The notes under the pieces: model-generated
What the model saw: the letters and a program-made list of their open reading frames with translations, nothing else
The model's database searches: none
Told to the model about the DNA's origin: nothing
Virus record (IMG/VR): IMGVR_UViG_3300030329_004481
Strand: one strand, 5' to 3'
Source of the DNA: a virus
DNA: 64,000 nucleotides
Program-made: the position numbers and the translations under genes
Shown here: positions 16,128 through 26,198 of the stretch, in pieces
How positions within the stretch are numbered: position 1 is the stretch's first letter
Layout: the number at the start of each line of letters is the position of its first letter

Positions 16128-16641
16128 TCTCTCTCCTTTTTGTTTTCTTCTTTTTATATTGCTCAAAACTTTCAATGAAATCATATATCTCAGAAAATTT
16201 ATCCATGGTAACTTGATCTGTTGCAGAAGTAACTTGATCTGCATCAACATAATCAACATTATCTTCTAAAAATCTATTCTTATCTATTGTTTTATATTTA
16301 ATATATAATTGCTTTTTTTCTTTTTGAATTCTTCTTAGAAAAGCATAATAGATAATTTGTGTAAAATATGAGAATGGGTTTTTAGATTTCTCTGGATCAA
16401 AGTTATTTACATATTGTAAACAGTTTTCAATACCATCAGAAATCATATCATCTTTAAATGCATAATTAATAAAATTAGGTCTATGTGATAGTCTTTCTGC
16501 TATTAACATAAAACACTCACCAATATAATCTGATAGGTCTGGTGGGGTTGTTCCAAGTTCAACAGACTTTAGGTATTTTTCTCTATGAATTTGTATTTCT
16601 TCAAAAAACCTTTGATTGTTAACATAATGTTTAGACGCCAT
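16105..16641 (-). CDS. gp55: late-transcription sigma factor gp55
   Basis: HYVNN, MISDGIENCLQY..NFDPEKSKNPFSYFTQI. Confidence 0.96.
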   Translation of the reverse strand: MASKHYVNNQRFFEEIQIHREKYLKSVELGTTPPDLSDYIGECFMLIAERLSHRPNFINYAFKDDMISDGIENCLQYVNNFDPEKSKNPFSYFTQIIYYAFLRRIQKEKKQLYIKYKTIDKNRFLEDNVDYVDADQVTSATDQVTMDKFSEIYDFIESFEQYKKKKTKRRENANSIVD

Positions 16642-16674
16642 GAATACTCCTTGTTATATTTTTTAATTAAGTAT

Positions 16675-16703
16675 AGTATATCATAGCAAATTAAAATAGT
16701 CAA
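16675..16703 (-). promoter_or_regulatory. sigma70-type promoter for gp55
   Basis: TTGACT, 17 nt, TATACT with TG. Confidence 0.75.
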
Positions 16704-16718
16704 GATTCTTATTTTAAC

Positions 16719-16746
16719 TTGACAATTAAAAATACTACGCTATAAT
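16719..16746 (+). promoter_or_regulatory. consensus sigma70 promoter pointing antisense into uvsW
   Basis: TTGACA, 16 nt, TATAAT. Confidence 0.55.
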
Positions 16747-16753
16747 GTCAGTG

Positions 16754-18277
16754 TTATCCTTTGAAGTTGATATTACGTATCTTGTAAGGAAAGTTCTCTT
16801 CGTTGTATAATTGTATTCTGTCTTTTAAATGATTTAATGTATAGTTTGTTCTTTTCTTCCATGTTAAATCATCACTAATATCATATAAGGTTGCTATTTC
16901 TTTTGATTCACTTTTACGCAACCCCCTTCCAATAGATTGTAAATTCCTTATCCTTGATTTAGAAGGAGAAGCGAACACAATGTTATGGAGATTCCTAATA
17001 TTGATGCCAGTACTATATACACCATAACTTGCCACGATAATGGCGTTTTTTGATTGTTCTGTAATTCCTCTAAACTGCTCTCTTTGTTCTGTAGCAGTTC
17101 CTCCGTAAATAAAAAAGACTTTTCTATTATCATCACAACTCCCTTTAATCATCTGATATAGATCATTTCCATGTTCCACAAGAGAAAATAGAATTAAACT
17201 ATTTCCTTTTAGCGTCAATGCTAAATTCTTAATAAAAGTATTTCTATTTTCATTTGATGTAAGAAAATTCAATTCTTCTCTATATGTATGTTTTTTTACA
17301 GATTCACATATATCATCTGTATATTGAAGAACCAAAGATTCTATTTTGAAAGGTGATAGTATCTTTTTTTCTATGAGATCTTTAGTTGTTGTTGATCTAT
17401 AAACCTTTCCAAATAAACCCTCTAGTACTAATTTGTGTGTTTGTGTTCCATCTAATGTTCCTGTACAACCTATTCTATAATCAGCATTTATACACTTGGT
17501 CATTATACTTGTAAGAGATTTAGACTTAAATCCATGTGCTTCATCTCCAAACACTGCATCAAATTGGGAAAAGTAATTTTCCTTCATTTTATATATACTC
17601 TGCCAAGTAGAGATGATGATAGGTTTTTCTGATACTTTATCTTGACCCGCATATACTACATGACAATTTTCTTTATTTGACCAACCATTGTTTTTAGAGT
17701 AGTCTCCAAAATCAGTATACATTTGAGATGTTAATGATGTTGTGGGTACAACTAATAATATTTTTTGTTTATCTAATACGTCTTGAAGATATCTAATGAG
17801 AAGATATAGTATAAATGATTTACCAGAAGCAGTTGGTGAAACTAATAACATTCTTTTAAAAATTACACCTGTTCTCATTGCATCAAATTGATAATCATGA
17901 GGATCAAAAGGAAGATTTAAATTTATAACATAATCAAATAAATCTTCATCAGATACTTTAATATATTCTTGTATTTGACTGACATATGGATAATTTCTTT
18001 TTTTAGCAAATGATTCAACATATGGAAGCAACCCATAATATAATTTTTGATCATAAGCACTAAACAGTCTTATCTTACCATCCCATAGTTTATTTCTAAA
18101 CGCTGGCATGAACTGAAACCCTGGAACACTAAACGTAAAGTAATCTGTCAATTCTTGTAAAACTGATGGATTTGATTTTACTCTAATGTACGCTTCATTT
18201 ATTTTTGATATGAATATGGTGTCAACATTATCCCTTAGTTGGTTCACCACCTTTGAACTTATGCCACTCGATTGCAT
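16754..18277 (-). CDS. uvsW: UvsW DNA helicase (start uncertain)
   Basis: WDGKIRLF, SPTASGKS, DEAH, LQSIGRGLR. Confidence 0.95.
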   Translation of the reverse strand: MQSSGISSKVVNQLRDNVDTIFISKINEAYIRVKSNPSVLQELTDYFTFSVPGFQFMPAFRNKLWDGKIRLFSAYDQKLYYGLLPYVESFAKKRNYPYVSQIQEYIKVSDEDLFDYVINLNLPFDPHDYQFDAMRTGVIFKRMLLVSPTASGKSFILYLLIRYLQDVLDKQKILLVVPTTSLTSQMYTDFGDYSKNNGWSNKENCHVVYAGQDKVSEKPIIISTWQSIYKMKENYFSQFDAVFGDEAHGFKSKSLTSIMTKCINADYRIGCTGTLDGTQTHKLVLEGLFGKVYRSTTTKDLIEKKILSPFKIESLVLQYTDDICESVKKHTYREELNFLTSNENRNTFIKNLALTLKGNSLILFSLVEHGNDLYQMIKGSCDDNRKVFFIYGGTATEQREQFRGITEQSKNAIIVASYGVYSTGINIRNLHNIVFASPSKSRIRNLQSIGRGLRKSESKEIATLYDISDDLTWKKRTNYTLNHLKDRIQLYNEENFPYKIRNINFKG

Positions 18278-18665
18278 TCCTAATATTCCATGTCCTTTGA
18301 GACAATTCTTTTATTATTGCTTCAATGTATTTTACTTTTTGTTCTTGTAATAAGATTTTTGATTTCACTTCTTGGTATTTTTCATCACCATCTATAAAAG
18401 CATTTATGTCGTCTTTATGTTTTAATTTAGCATTAAAAACTTCATTACTATTTTCATCTATACTTATACCATTATAATATGCCCATAATTTTTTTCTTTG
18501 GATTGTTACTTGTGATTCCAAATATTTTAAAGATAGAATTTCTACATTGAGTAGTTTCCAATATTTGTTATGTAACTCTGGTATTTTTAAGGATTCAGAA
18601 TCTAAATCATATGGATCAATCTTAGAGTCATTATCCCATAACCCTTCAATATCTTCAATTTTCAT
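18228..18665 (-). CDS. uvsY: UvsY recombination mediator
   Basis: ESLKIPELHNKY, RTWNIRNAIEWHKF; synteny. Confidence 0.9.
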   Translation of the reverse strand: MKIEDIEGLWDNDSKIDPYDLDSESLKIPELHNKYWKLLNVEILSLKYLESQVTIQRKKLWAYYNGISIDENSNEVFNAKLKHKDDINAFIDGDEKYQEVKSKILLQEQKVKYIEAIIKELSQRTWNIRNAIEWHKFKGGEPTKG

Positions 18666-18672
18666 AATGTAA

Positions 18673-19209
18673 TTAATCGTTAAGTGTTTCTATATCAAAT
18701 GACCTATATGTGAATGTTGCATCAGCTTGTAAATATTGAATGTCTTCATTATTAGTATCAAATGTCAAGCTAGTTAATTGTGTGGGAAAAGCATCTTTAA
18801 AAGTAAATTTTAAATTTGCTGTTGATGCTCCTGATAAAATTAACAGTACCGCATCAGATATTACACCACTCTCTGGACCAAGATTTTGTGGATCACTTTT
18901 TTGTACTTCTTTATACTGATCAAAGTTGTCTGGAAAACCTAAACCTTTCATCCATTCAAATATTTCAATATAATTTTTCATATCTTCATCAATAATAAAT
19001 CTTATTAATAATTCTTGAAACTCTATTCTATCACCTGGTAATGGTATAGCAGTGAATGGAGTTTGTACTGGTATTCCTTGTAAACTAATACCTGGAAGTG
19101 TTACACCTTGACAAAAGTATTCTACATTAGGTAGTTTGTTAACGGCAAACTGAAACCCAACGGGAGAAAGGTAACTGAAATTATCTGGTGTATATTTTAA
19201 CTTTGCCAT
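18673..19209 (-). CDS. gp3: tail completion / sheath stabilizer gp3
   Basis: YLSPVGFQF, PNVEYFCQ, FIIDEDMKNY, DAFPT; start at MAKLKY. Confidence 0.88.
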   Translation of the reverse strand: MAKLKYTPDNFSYLSPVGFQFAVNKLPNVEYFCQGVTLPGISLQGIPVQTPFTAIPLPGDRIEFQELLIRFIIDEDMKNYIEIFEWMKGLGFPDNFDQYKEVQKSDPQNLGPESGVISDAVLLILSGASTANLKFTFKDAFPTQLTSLTFDTNNEDIQYLQADATFTYRSFDIETLND

Positions 19210-19232
19210 ATTATAATTATTTAGGTAGGCAT

Positions 19233-19270
19233 AAAAAAAGGAGAGCCCCAAGAAAAATAGGCTCTCCTTT
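19233..19270 (-). terminator. intrinsic terminator after gp23
   Basis: AAAGGAGAGCC/GGCTCTCCTTT stem plus T-run. Confidence 0.85.
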
Positions 19271-19281
19271 GCAAATCAAGA

Positions 19282-20637
19282 TTACATCAAGTTTGTAATC
19301 TTAACCATTCTGTAGTACACATTTTGGTTAGTAGCACCAAGTGTACCATCGATGTCAATTGCACCACTTGCAGCGGATGTAGCGAAAGGATTAGCTACCA
19401 TGCCATAACGAGTTTTAAACCCGATTCTTGGCTGGAAGTTATCTTCACCAATTGCTCTTACCATTTGCAACGGAACATAAGGACAATAGAAAATACCCGC
19501 ATCGTATGGGCTTGATCCTTTGTAACCTACAATCATGTAGTTTGTTGTAGCATTTGCAGCAAATGGATCAATGTAAACACGATAGCGACCGTTAAGAACA
19601 CCAGCAAAAGTATTACCAGTATCATCAACATTAATTCCGGTTTGGAGAGCTGGTGTGTAATCAAGTACTCCAGCCATCTGAAGTGCGGACGCAACGTCTG
19701 AAGAACAGATAATCATATTACCTTTTCCTCTACGTGTATCTTTTGCGATCGCATTAGCTTCACGTTCGATTTGGAACATCAAACCTTTGAATTTTTCTAC
19801 TGACCATCTACCATTAGAATCTGTATCAAGATCAAAAGTACCACCAGATGTTGTACCATACTCAGCTCCAGGCTTAGCGGAAGCACCAATTGATCTTACA
19901 ACTTCTCTGTTGATCTCAGCAAGAATTTCAGCGGAAAGAATATTAGCCAATTCTGTCTCAGCATCCAACCCATGGATAGCTTTCAAGTCTTGAGCCAATT
20001 CCATTGAATATGCACCTTTGAGTGCTCTACTCATTGCTGTTACAGTGACCTTCTCAATTGAGAAAGACATTTCTGGGAATCCATCACCATTAACTTGAGG
20101 ATCATTAGCACCTCTAAGTTCAGCGTTTTGCCTTGACATACCGCCATAGGTCATGTATCCACTTTCAGCAGGATTAGCACCTGTCTGTGTATTTTCTGCA
20201 TTTGTATTAGCAGAAGCGAATGAAGTGTTAGCTTCATTAAAGAGAGCTTCATCACCTGGGTGAGTGCTAGATCCACTATAAGCACCATAACGTGCTCTCA
20301 TAGCGAAAATAAGTCCAGTAGGACCTGTCATTGGTTGAACACCGCAGATGTCATAAGCAACCAAGTTTGGCATCGCACGTCTTACGAGTGAGATTAAAAC
20401 TGGATCGTAGATATCTACAGGACCATTACCAGCAGTAGAATTAGATCCGGCCATATACATTCCAGGACCAGACTCATTCAAGAGTCCCATTCCACCATTT
20501 TGTTCTCTCAAAGATCTCTCCTGATTCTCCAAGATAACTGCAGTTACCTGCTTTTTATATGGGTCTTTGATTTCATCCAACTCTGGATGATTGATCACAG
20601 GAGCCCACTTTTTTTGAATTTCTTCAGCGATATACAT
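19282..20637 (-). CDS. gp23: major capsid protein gp23
   Basis: DICGVQPMTGPTGLIFAMR, ELAQDLKAIHGLDAE, FQPRIGFKTRYG. Confidence 0.98.
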   Translation of the reverse strand: MYIAEEIQKKWAPVINHPELDEIKDPYKKQVTAVILENQERSLREQNGGMGLLNESGPGMYMAGSNSTAGNGPVDIYDPVLISLVRRAMPNLVAYDICGVQPMTGPTGLIFAMRARYGAYSGSSTHPGDEALFNEANTSFASANTNAENTQTGANPAESGYMTYGGMSRQNAELRGANDPQVNGDGFPEMSFSIEKVTVTAMSRALKGAYSMELAQDLKAIHGLDAETELANILSAEILAEINREVVRSIGASAKPGAEYGTTSGGTFDLDTDSNGRWSVEKFKGLMFQIEREANAIAKDTRRGKGNMIICSSDVASALQMAGVLDYTPALQTGINVDDTGNTFAGVLNGRYRVYIDPFAANATTNYMIVGYKGSSPYDAGIFYCPYVPLQMVRAIGEDNFQPRIGFKTRYGMVANPFATSAASGAIDIDGTLGATNQNVYYRMVKITNLM

Positions 20638-20658
20638 TTTATCTCCTAAAGTTTGTTA

Positions 20659-21912
20659 TTACTTATTTGTTCTACCCAACATATCAAGATACGCTTGCAT
20701 TGAAGACTCTCTTGATTCTGCTTGAACATTTTCAATTTCTTCATTCAATTCCTCAGGTGTTGATGTTGTTTCTTCAACTACATCTTCACTCTGAACCACG
20801 TCTGTTTGTGGAAAATAAGATTCCTTCAACATATTTAATTTAGCTTTGAATTGTTCTTCATTTTCAAACTCAACACCTTCAGACAAATCTGAAATTTTTT
20901 GTTTTTGTGTATCTGCGAGATCTACACAAACATCATTAATCAAAGATTCTTTTGTTGATTCTTTGAGATTAGTTTTCAATTCTACATTCTTTTCAATTTG
21001 CTCATTTAATTTGCCTTCAAGTTCTTCGACCTTCTCAAACAAATCATCTACAATATCAATTTTTTCTTCTGGAACATCAATATAATGTTCTTTGAAAAGA
21101 TTTCTCAATCCATTCATGAAGTCCTCAGTCAATTCGTTTCTGATACCTTTTTCAATTGCAAGTTCATTCTCTTTCATCCATTCTTCGACAACATAGTTAA
21201 GATAGTTGTCTACCTTTTCAACCATTTCTGCTTGAAAGTTCTTTGTGGATTGTTCAATTTCTTCAAGGTATTCTTCCTCAATTTGTGTCACTCTTTTGTT
21301 GACTTCTTCAACAACTTTTGACTTAACTGCGGCCTCAAAAATTCCTTTTGCTTTTTCTTTAAAATCTTCAGAAAGTTCTTCACCAGCAATAGCTTGAATG
21401 TCAGACTCAGTGTCCAATTCAATCTCATCAGCTGTTAAGTCTTTTCTTGAGTAAAGAATTTTTTCTTGTGCTTCGGCAACAACTTCTTCATCAGAAGTTT
21501 CTTTATTCAATTCTTGTAGATCAAGTTCTACAACATCTTGAATAAGTCCGAATTTTTCTGAAAGTTCATCTTTTGACATAGTTTTCATCATGTCATAAAT
21601 TTGAGCAACCATTCCATTTTTTGTAAGGGATTTTGAAATGGTTTCAGTTGCTTCTTCTTCAGAAATTTCTTCTCCGTCCTGCTCTGATTGCTCATGAGCT
21701 GGTTTAACTGAACTTCCTTGAGTTGGTTGAGAACTGTCACCCGCAGACTTGTCTGCTTTTCTAGCTGGTGCTTTTTTAGTTCCTGGTTCCAACTTACTAG
21801 CTTTTCCAGTATTAGGATCATCCCCACCTAAATCTGATACCCCTGCAGGAGCTTCATTTAGCTCATCCGAGGGAGCTTGTTCAGTTACTTCTTGTTCTTG
21901 ATCATTTAACAT
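20659..21912 (-). CDS. gp22: prohead core scaffold gp22
   Basis: LSEDFKEKAKGIFEAAV, VDNYLNYVVEEWMKENELAI. Confidence 0.93.
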   Translation of the reverse strand: MLNDQEQEVTEQAPSDELNEAPAGVSDLGGDDPNTGKASKLEPGTKKAPARKADKSAGDSSQPTQGSSVKPAHEQSEQDGEEISEEEATETISKSLTKNGMVAQIYDMMKTMSKDELSEKFGLIQDVVELDLQELNKETSDEEVVAEAQEKILYSRKDLTADEIELDTESDIQAIAGEELSEDFKEKAKGIFEAAVKSKVVEEVNKRVTQIEEEYLEEIEQSTKNFQAEMVEKVDNYLNYVVEEWMKENELAIEKGIRNELTEDFMNGLRNLFKEHYIDVPEEKIDIVDDLFEKVEELEGKLNEQIEKNVELKTNLKESTKESLINDVCVDLADTQKQKISDLSEGVEFENEEQFKAKLNMLKESYFPQTDVVQSEDVVEETTSTPEELNEEIENVQAESRESSMQAYLDMLGRTNK

Positions 21913-21958
21913 AGTTCGCTCCTACTTTGTTATACAAATAAAAATTGCGTATTAATAT

Positions 21959-21966
21959 TATTTATA
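21959..21966 (-). promoter_or_regulatory. late promoter TATAAATA for gp22/gp23
   Basis: exact motif in the gp21-gp22 gap. Confidence 0.8.
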
Positions 21967-21971
21967 ATTAT

Positions 21972-22619
21972 TTATAGTTTAGAAATAAAATCTCTAAACG
22001 CATTTAATTTAGATTCTTCTAAATGAATCATTGACGCTTTCTTAATACTTTTCATATATTTATTTATTTCAGTTTCTTTAATTATTCCATTATCCCAAAT
22101 CCATTCTTTACCTTCCATAATACCTTCTACAAAAGCATTTGGAGCAGATGGATCTGCAACAATGTCTGCAGCAGTTGAAAGATAAAAATCATTTCCTACC
22201 ACGTTACCATTCTTAGATGGTGTCAAAGAACCCATTCCTCTAGATGATACTCCTAGAGTAGCACCCGCATTAATTAGTTCTCTAACAATGTTACCATTTG
22301 GTGTACCTAATATCTTAGCTTCACCAATAAAGTCATTACCTTCTTTTGTTAAGTTGGTAATCATATGTGAAACTCTATCAAGATTTACAGTTGGTCCGTC
22401 TGGATGTCCAAGCTCACCAAATGCTCTATTCTTAGTTACATATTCTTTATTATATCTTTTAACTTCATTTTCCAAAACAGGCAAAGGATAAGTTCTTTTG
22501 TTTCTATTCATTTGTTCCGCTTGCATAAAAATGCCACGAATTTTATAACTTGTTTTACCGTCTTTACCTTCTTCAGAAATATATTCTAAGTGTTCTGACA
22601 TTTCTGTAATTAACTTCAT
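21972..22619 (-). CDS. gp21: prohead protease gp21
   Basis: MKLITE, GELGHP, GVSSRGMGS, DIVADPSAP. Confidence 0.96.
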   Translation of the reverse strand: MKLITEMSEHLEYISEEGKDGKTSYKIRGIFMQAEQMNRNKRTYPLPVLENEVKRYNKEYVTKNRAFGELGHPDGPTVNLDRVSHMITNLTKEGNDFIGEAKILGTPNGNIVRELINAGATLGVSSRGMGSLTPSKNGNVVGNDFYLSTAADIVADPSAPNAFVEGIMEGKEWIWDNGIIKETEINKYMKSIKKASMIHLEESKLNAFRDFISKL

Positions 22620-23026
22620 TTCTTTGCCCTCATTTTTGAGATTCTATCTTTACGTTTTGAAATCAGATCCCTATACATTTTGCCTCCAGGTCTAGTAAAA
22701 GCGGACATCTTGGCTTTTTGTGCGGGAGTATTTTTTAACCTATCAACCATTTTTTCTATTTGTGCTTTTGCTCCAGGACTTTGTTTTTGTAATTTAGAAG
22801 CACTTAAATCTTTTCTCACTCTTAATTTAAGAGCAGTCAAAAATTTTCTTCTTGCTTGTTTTCTAAGTGCTTCTTTACCGCCTGTAGGTATTGCTCTATT
22901 TTTATTTCTTCTCAACCCCGCAATCCTTTTAGGTTTTGAGCGTTGAAAGTGAATCTTTCTTTTAAATCTTTGTGTAGCTGTTAAAGCTTCTTCTAGTTCT
23001 AATTTGAAAGATTGAAATGTTTTCAT
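22616..23026 (-). CDS. basic prohead core / internal protein (gp68 position)
   Basis: capsid-targeting-like MKTFQSFKLELEE; K/R rich; synteny. Confidence 0.6.
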   Translation of the reverse strand: MKTFQSFKLELEEALTATQRFKRKIHFQRSKPKRIAGLRRNKNRAIPTGGKEALRKQARRKFLTALKLRVRKDLSASKLQKQSPGAKAQIEKMVDRLKNTPAQKAKMSAFTRPGGKMYRDLISKRKDRISKMRAKK

Positions 23027-23391
23027 GCAGATACCGATTGTGGAGCATTCAAAACTTCGCCAGTAGGTTGTCCTGTTACTGGGTCCATTACTTGAATTAC
23101 ACTGTCAGGTTGAACTGGTTCTTGTATTTCTGGTTCTTGATTACTCATCTGATCAATTACTTCACCAGTGGGTTGACCATTTGTAGGATCTACTACTTGC
23201 ATTTCCTGTTCTGGTTGTTCACCATCAACAGGTGCATCTTTAAACAATGTCTGTGCTATTTCAGCTTTTCTTACTTCTAACTCATCCATTGATCTTTTAC
23301 TAAGAAGACCAAGAACACTTTCCCTGGCTCTATTATTGTCTCCTGTCATAATTGCGGAAACTACGTCACTTGTACTAAATTCATTATCCAT
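23023..23391 (-). CDS. prohead core protein (gp67-like)
   Basis: acidic; LEVRKAEIAQTLF; position after the portal. Confidence 0.65.
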   Translation of the reverse strand: MDNEFSTSDVVSAIMTGDNNRARESVLGLLSKRSMDELEVRKAEIAQTLFKDAPVDGEQPEQEMQVVDPTNGQPTGEVIDQMSNQEPEIQEPVQPDSVIQVMDPVTGQPTGEVLNAPQSVSA

Positions 23392-23405
23392 TAAATCTCC
23401 TTTTA

Positions 23406-24989
23406 TTAATATTGACCAAATCCACCTGATTGTTGGTCATCTGTCTGATTATATTTAGGATCATTTTGCTCTTGAGACATTTCTGAATCAAGTCTATCCT
23501 GTTCTTCCTCAGTTTGTCTTAGAATCTTATTTCTAACAAACTTATGTGAATAATATTTTCCAGCATATTCATCCATATCTCTAAGAAGGTTTGCTCTATT
23601 TTGTAATAACTCTGATTCTTTTAATTCAGAGAAATGAGAATCTTTTTCAAATTGATAATGAATTCCCTCTTTTATTTTAGCCCAATCTTCTTTAGCGATA
23701 ACTGTTTTTAATCTTAATTGTTTTTCTAAAAGATTATCAAACAATGTAGTGAATTTTTTTCTAAGTCTTTCAATGAATCTTGTGAACTTTAATTCATCTC
23801 TAGTAATTTCTGTTGCTCTACCTAAAGTAAAACTAGCATCAGTTTCTAATCTAGATATTGGCACATTTAATGCTTTGTATAGTTTTCTTTGAAAGTATTC
23901 AATATCTTCAATTTCACCAAGATTTTGACCACCAGGTAAAGTTGTAATTTCTGTTCCTCTACCACCTTCACGTCTTGGAAGCCAGTAGTCTTCTAACATG
24001 GTCATTACTTTTCTATCATCTCTAACTTCACCAGTTTCAGCATTATAAATTAATTTATTTTTATAGCGCTGCATAATATCTCTAAGATACTGTTCTGCTT
24101 TCATTTTTGGTAAGTTACCAACATCAATATAAAATATTCTTCTTTCAGGTGCTCTTGAAATTCTGTAAATAACAAGTGAGTCTTCAATCATTCTTAATTG
24201 ATTGAGAGGTTTAATTGCTTTATGTAAATGTGATATAACCATTTTTCTTCCTGCATTGGTTACACCAGATCCCGCATAAGCAACCATATCAGGTGCTATT
24301 CTAATTTGTTTTCTTGTATAGTCACTACCATTAACTGGCATTCCACCTTTAGAATCTTGTATTTGTGGTTTTTCACTATACAAATAATATTCATAATATT
24401 CACCAGACAAATCTCTTTTTACTGAAGCACCATCTGGTACTCTTTGATCTTTACCTCTTTTCTCTCTAACTTTTCTTATTTTTAAAGGATCAACATATCT
24501 TAATTCTTGTAATCCTGCAGTTGGTTCATCAGGATTAATAACACATTGATAATATATTCTACCATCAATGTACCATTTTCTAAAAATATCATATCCATTA
24601 TTGTCAAAATCAAGAAGTCTCATTATTTCATTAAATTCAACAATAATTCTATCTTTAATTTTTGAAGATAAATTTAAACCTTCTAAAGAAATAGAAACTG
24701 GTGGAACTTCTCTGCCTGTGATAATTGATTCATTAATAATATCATCAATAGCCATGTCAACTTCAGGTTGTAGAGTCATAGTTCTGTATCTATTAATTAG
24801 ATCAGACTCATTTTTTGCAGTACCTTCCATATCAATGTAAGTACCATACGCTCCACCCGCTGACATTCCAAGAGATGATGCTACATCATAAGTGCCTTCT
24901 AAATCATCTGGTTTAGCAAAAGCTAAAACAGGTTGATCAGGTTCATCAGGTTTTCCAATTTTAAATCCAAATAAATTTATTTGTGCCAT
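23406..24989 (-). CDS. gp20: portal protein gp20
   Basis: RAPERRIFYIDVGNLPK, MLEDYWLPRREGGRGTEITTLPGG. Confidence 0.98.
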   Translation of the reverse strand: MAQINLFGFKIGKPDEPDQPVLAFAKPDDLEGTYDVASSLGMSAGGAYGTYIDMEGTAKNESDLINRYRTMTLQPEVDMAIDDIINESIITGREVPPVSISLEGLNLSSKIKDRIIVEFNEIMRLLDFDNNGYDIFRKWYIDGRIYYQCVINPDEPTAGLQELRYVDPLKIRKVREKRGKDQRVPDGASVKRDLSGEYYEYYLYSEKPQIQDSKGGMPVNGSDYTRKQIRIAPDMVAYAGSGVTNAGRKMVISHLHKAIKPLNQLRMIEDSLVIYRISRAPERRIFYIDVGNLPKMKAEQYLRDIMQRYKNKLIYNAETGEVRDDRKVMTMLEDYWLPRREGGRGTEITTLPGGQNLGEIEDIEYFQRKLYKALNVPISRLETDASFTLGRATEITRDELKFTRFIERLRKKFTTLFDNLLEKQLRLKTVIAKEDWAKIKEGIHYQFEKDSHFSELKESELLQNRANLLRDMDEYAGKYYSHKFVRNKILRQTEEEQDRLDSEMSQEQNDPKYNQTDDQQSGGFGQY

Positions 24990-24998
24990 AATATATTC

Positions 24999-25619
24999 CT
25001 AGCCAGAGTTATTGTTAGTAGGTTGAATAGATTCAATTACTGTACTTTTTGGGTTTATAGTATCTGTATCAGGAGTTGATCTTCTATAATTAGTATTCAT
25101 ATACTGATAATCAAAAGTACAAGTAAATTCCTCTATCGCACTTGACGCATCCCATGAAACAGCTATATCTGTTAACGTCACTGGGAAAAGTCCATATAAT
25201 ATATATGACTTAATTAAATTACCATTTTTTGAATATTGATTAACTGTTGCTTCTGAAAGGTAATCAAGTTTTGCAGGATTATTTTTAGATATTTTTTCTG
25301 TTCCTAATTTTTCAAAACCACTAACGTGATCAGCCCATCTTTCTAATCCATTTCTCAATTCAAAATCCTCATCATTTATAAATGTACAAGTCCATTGTGG
25401 ATAAGTTCTTTCACCAGCAAATTTAAATCCTCTACCAAGAAATGATACATTCATTGATGTTGTAATTGAAGCTGGAAGAAAGGTACTTTTTGCAGTCCAA
25501 GATGTCTTTTTTAATTCAACTGGTATGGGCGAAGGAAACTTTAATTGTACATCAAATAAAGCGGCCCTCGCGCCACCATGTTCTAACGCTTGCGTTTTGA
25601 ATTCTTCTATGCTGAACAT
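24999..25619 (-). CDS. gp19: tail tube gp19 paralog 3
   Basis: GGARAALFDV, FAGERTY..WTCTFINDEDF.LR, IEEFTCTFDYQY. Confidence 0.8.
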   Translation of the reverse strand: MFSIEEFKTQALEHGGARAALFDVQLKFPSPIPVELKKTSWTAKSTFLPASITTSMNVSFLGRGFKFAGERTYPQWTCTFINDEDFELRNGLERWADHVSGFEKLGTEKISKNNPAKLDYLSEATVNQYSKNGNLIKSYILYGLFPVTLTDIAVSWDASSAIEEFTCTFDYQYMNTNYRRSTPDTDTINPKSTVIESIQPTNNNSG

Positions 25620-25631
25620 TAAATAAAACCA

Positions 25632-26171
25632 TTATACAGATGCAATTACTGTATTTCCACTTGGACTTGTTTTTTCAGTAAAATAATCATATCTAAATGT
25701 TATTGTATATTCTTGAAACCCTTCAGTGCTCCAATCCAAAGCCAAATCACCAACTGAAATAGGAAACGCATTTACTAATGAATATGTATTACCTTTACTT
25801 CCATCTTTATGAAGTTGAGTTATAGTATAGGTTTTGTAGTTAGTATTATTATGATCTCCATAACCTGTTGATCTACTACCTTCTCTTTTTCCAGATAATT
25901 TTTCCATTCTGTTAACTATAGTTTTTCTCAAGTCACCATCATCATTTAAAATTGTAATTGTCCATGGATCATATGTTCTATAACCTGCTAATTTAGTTGC
26001 ACGACCTCTCCAATTAATAGGAATAACATTTATATTATGTCCTGGCAATTGACCAGATCGAATCATATACTCATCTTTTGCTGCAATTTCTCCACCTGTG
26101 ATCGCGAACAATGTAGGTCTTGCACCACCACTAGCGAGTGCTGTTTTTAATTCTGTTACACTAAAAGCCAT
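25632..26171 (-). CDS. gp19: tail tube gp19 paralog 2
   Basis: GGARPTLF, LAGYRTYDPWTITILND, FP..VG.L.LDW. Confidence 0.8.
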   Translation of the reverse strand: MAFSVTELKTALASGGARPTLFAITGGEIAAKDEYMIRSGQLPGHNINVIPINWRGRATKLAGYRTYDPWTITILNDDGDLRKTIVNRMEKLSGKREGSRSTGYGDHNNTNYKTYTITQLHKDGSKGNTYSLVNAFPISVGDLALDWSTEGFQEYTITFRYDYFTEKTSPSGNTVIASV

Positions 26172-26198
26172 TTTTTTATTCCTTTTTTAGAAAATTAA

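Noticed and set aside
16128-16259. N-terminal extension of gp47 in the ORF track
   Set aside because: It overlaps gp55; the RBS and homology support the start at 16127.
18195-18277. Possible frameshift at the uvsW start (the ATG overlapping the uvsY stop is out of frame)
   Set aside because: In-frame ATG/GTG starts exist slightly upstream inside uvsY, so no recoding is needed; the start remains uncertain.
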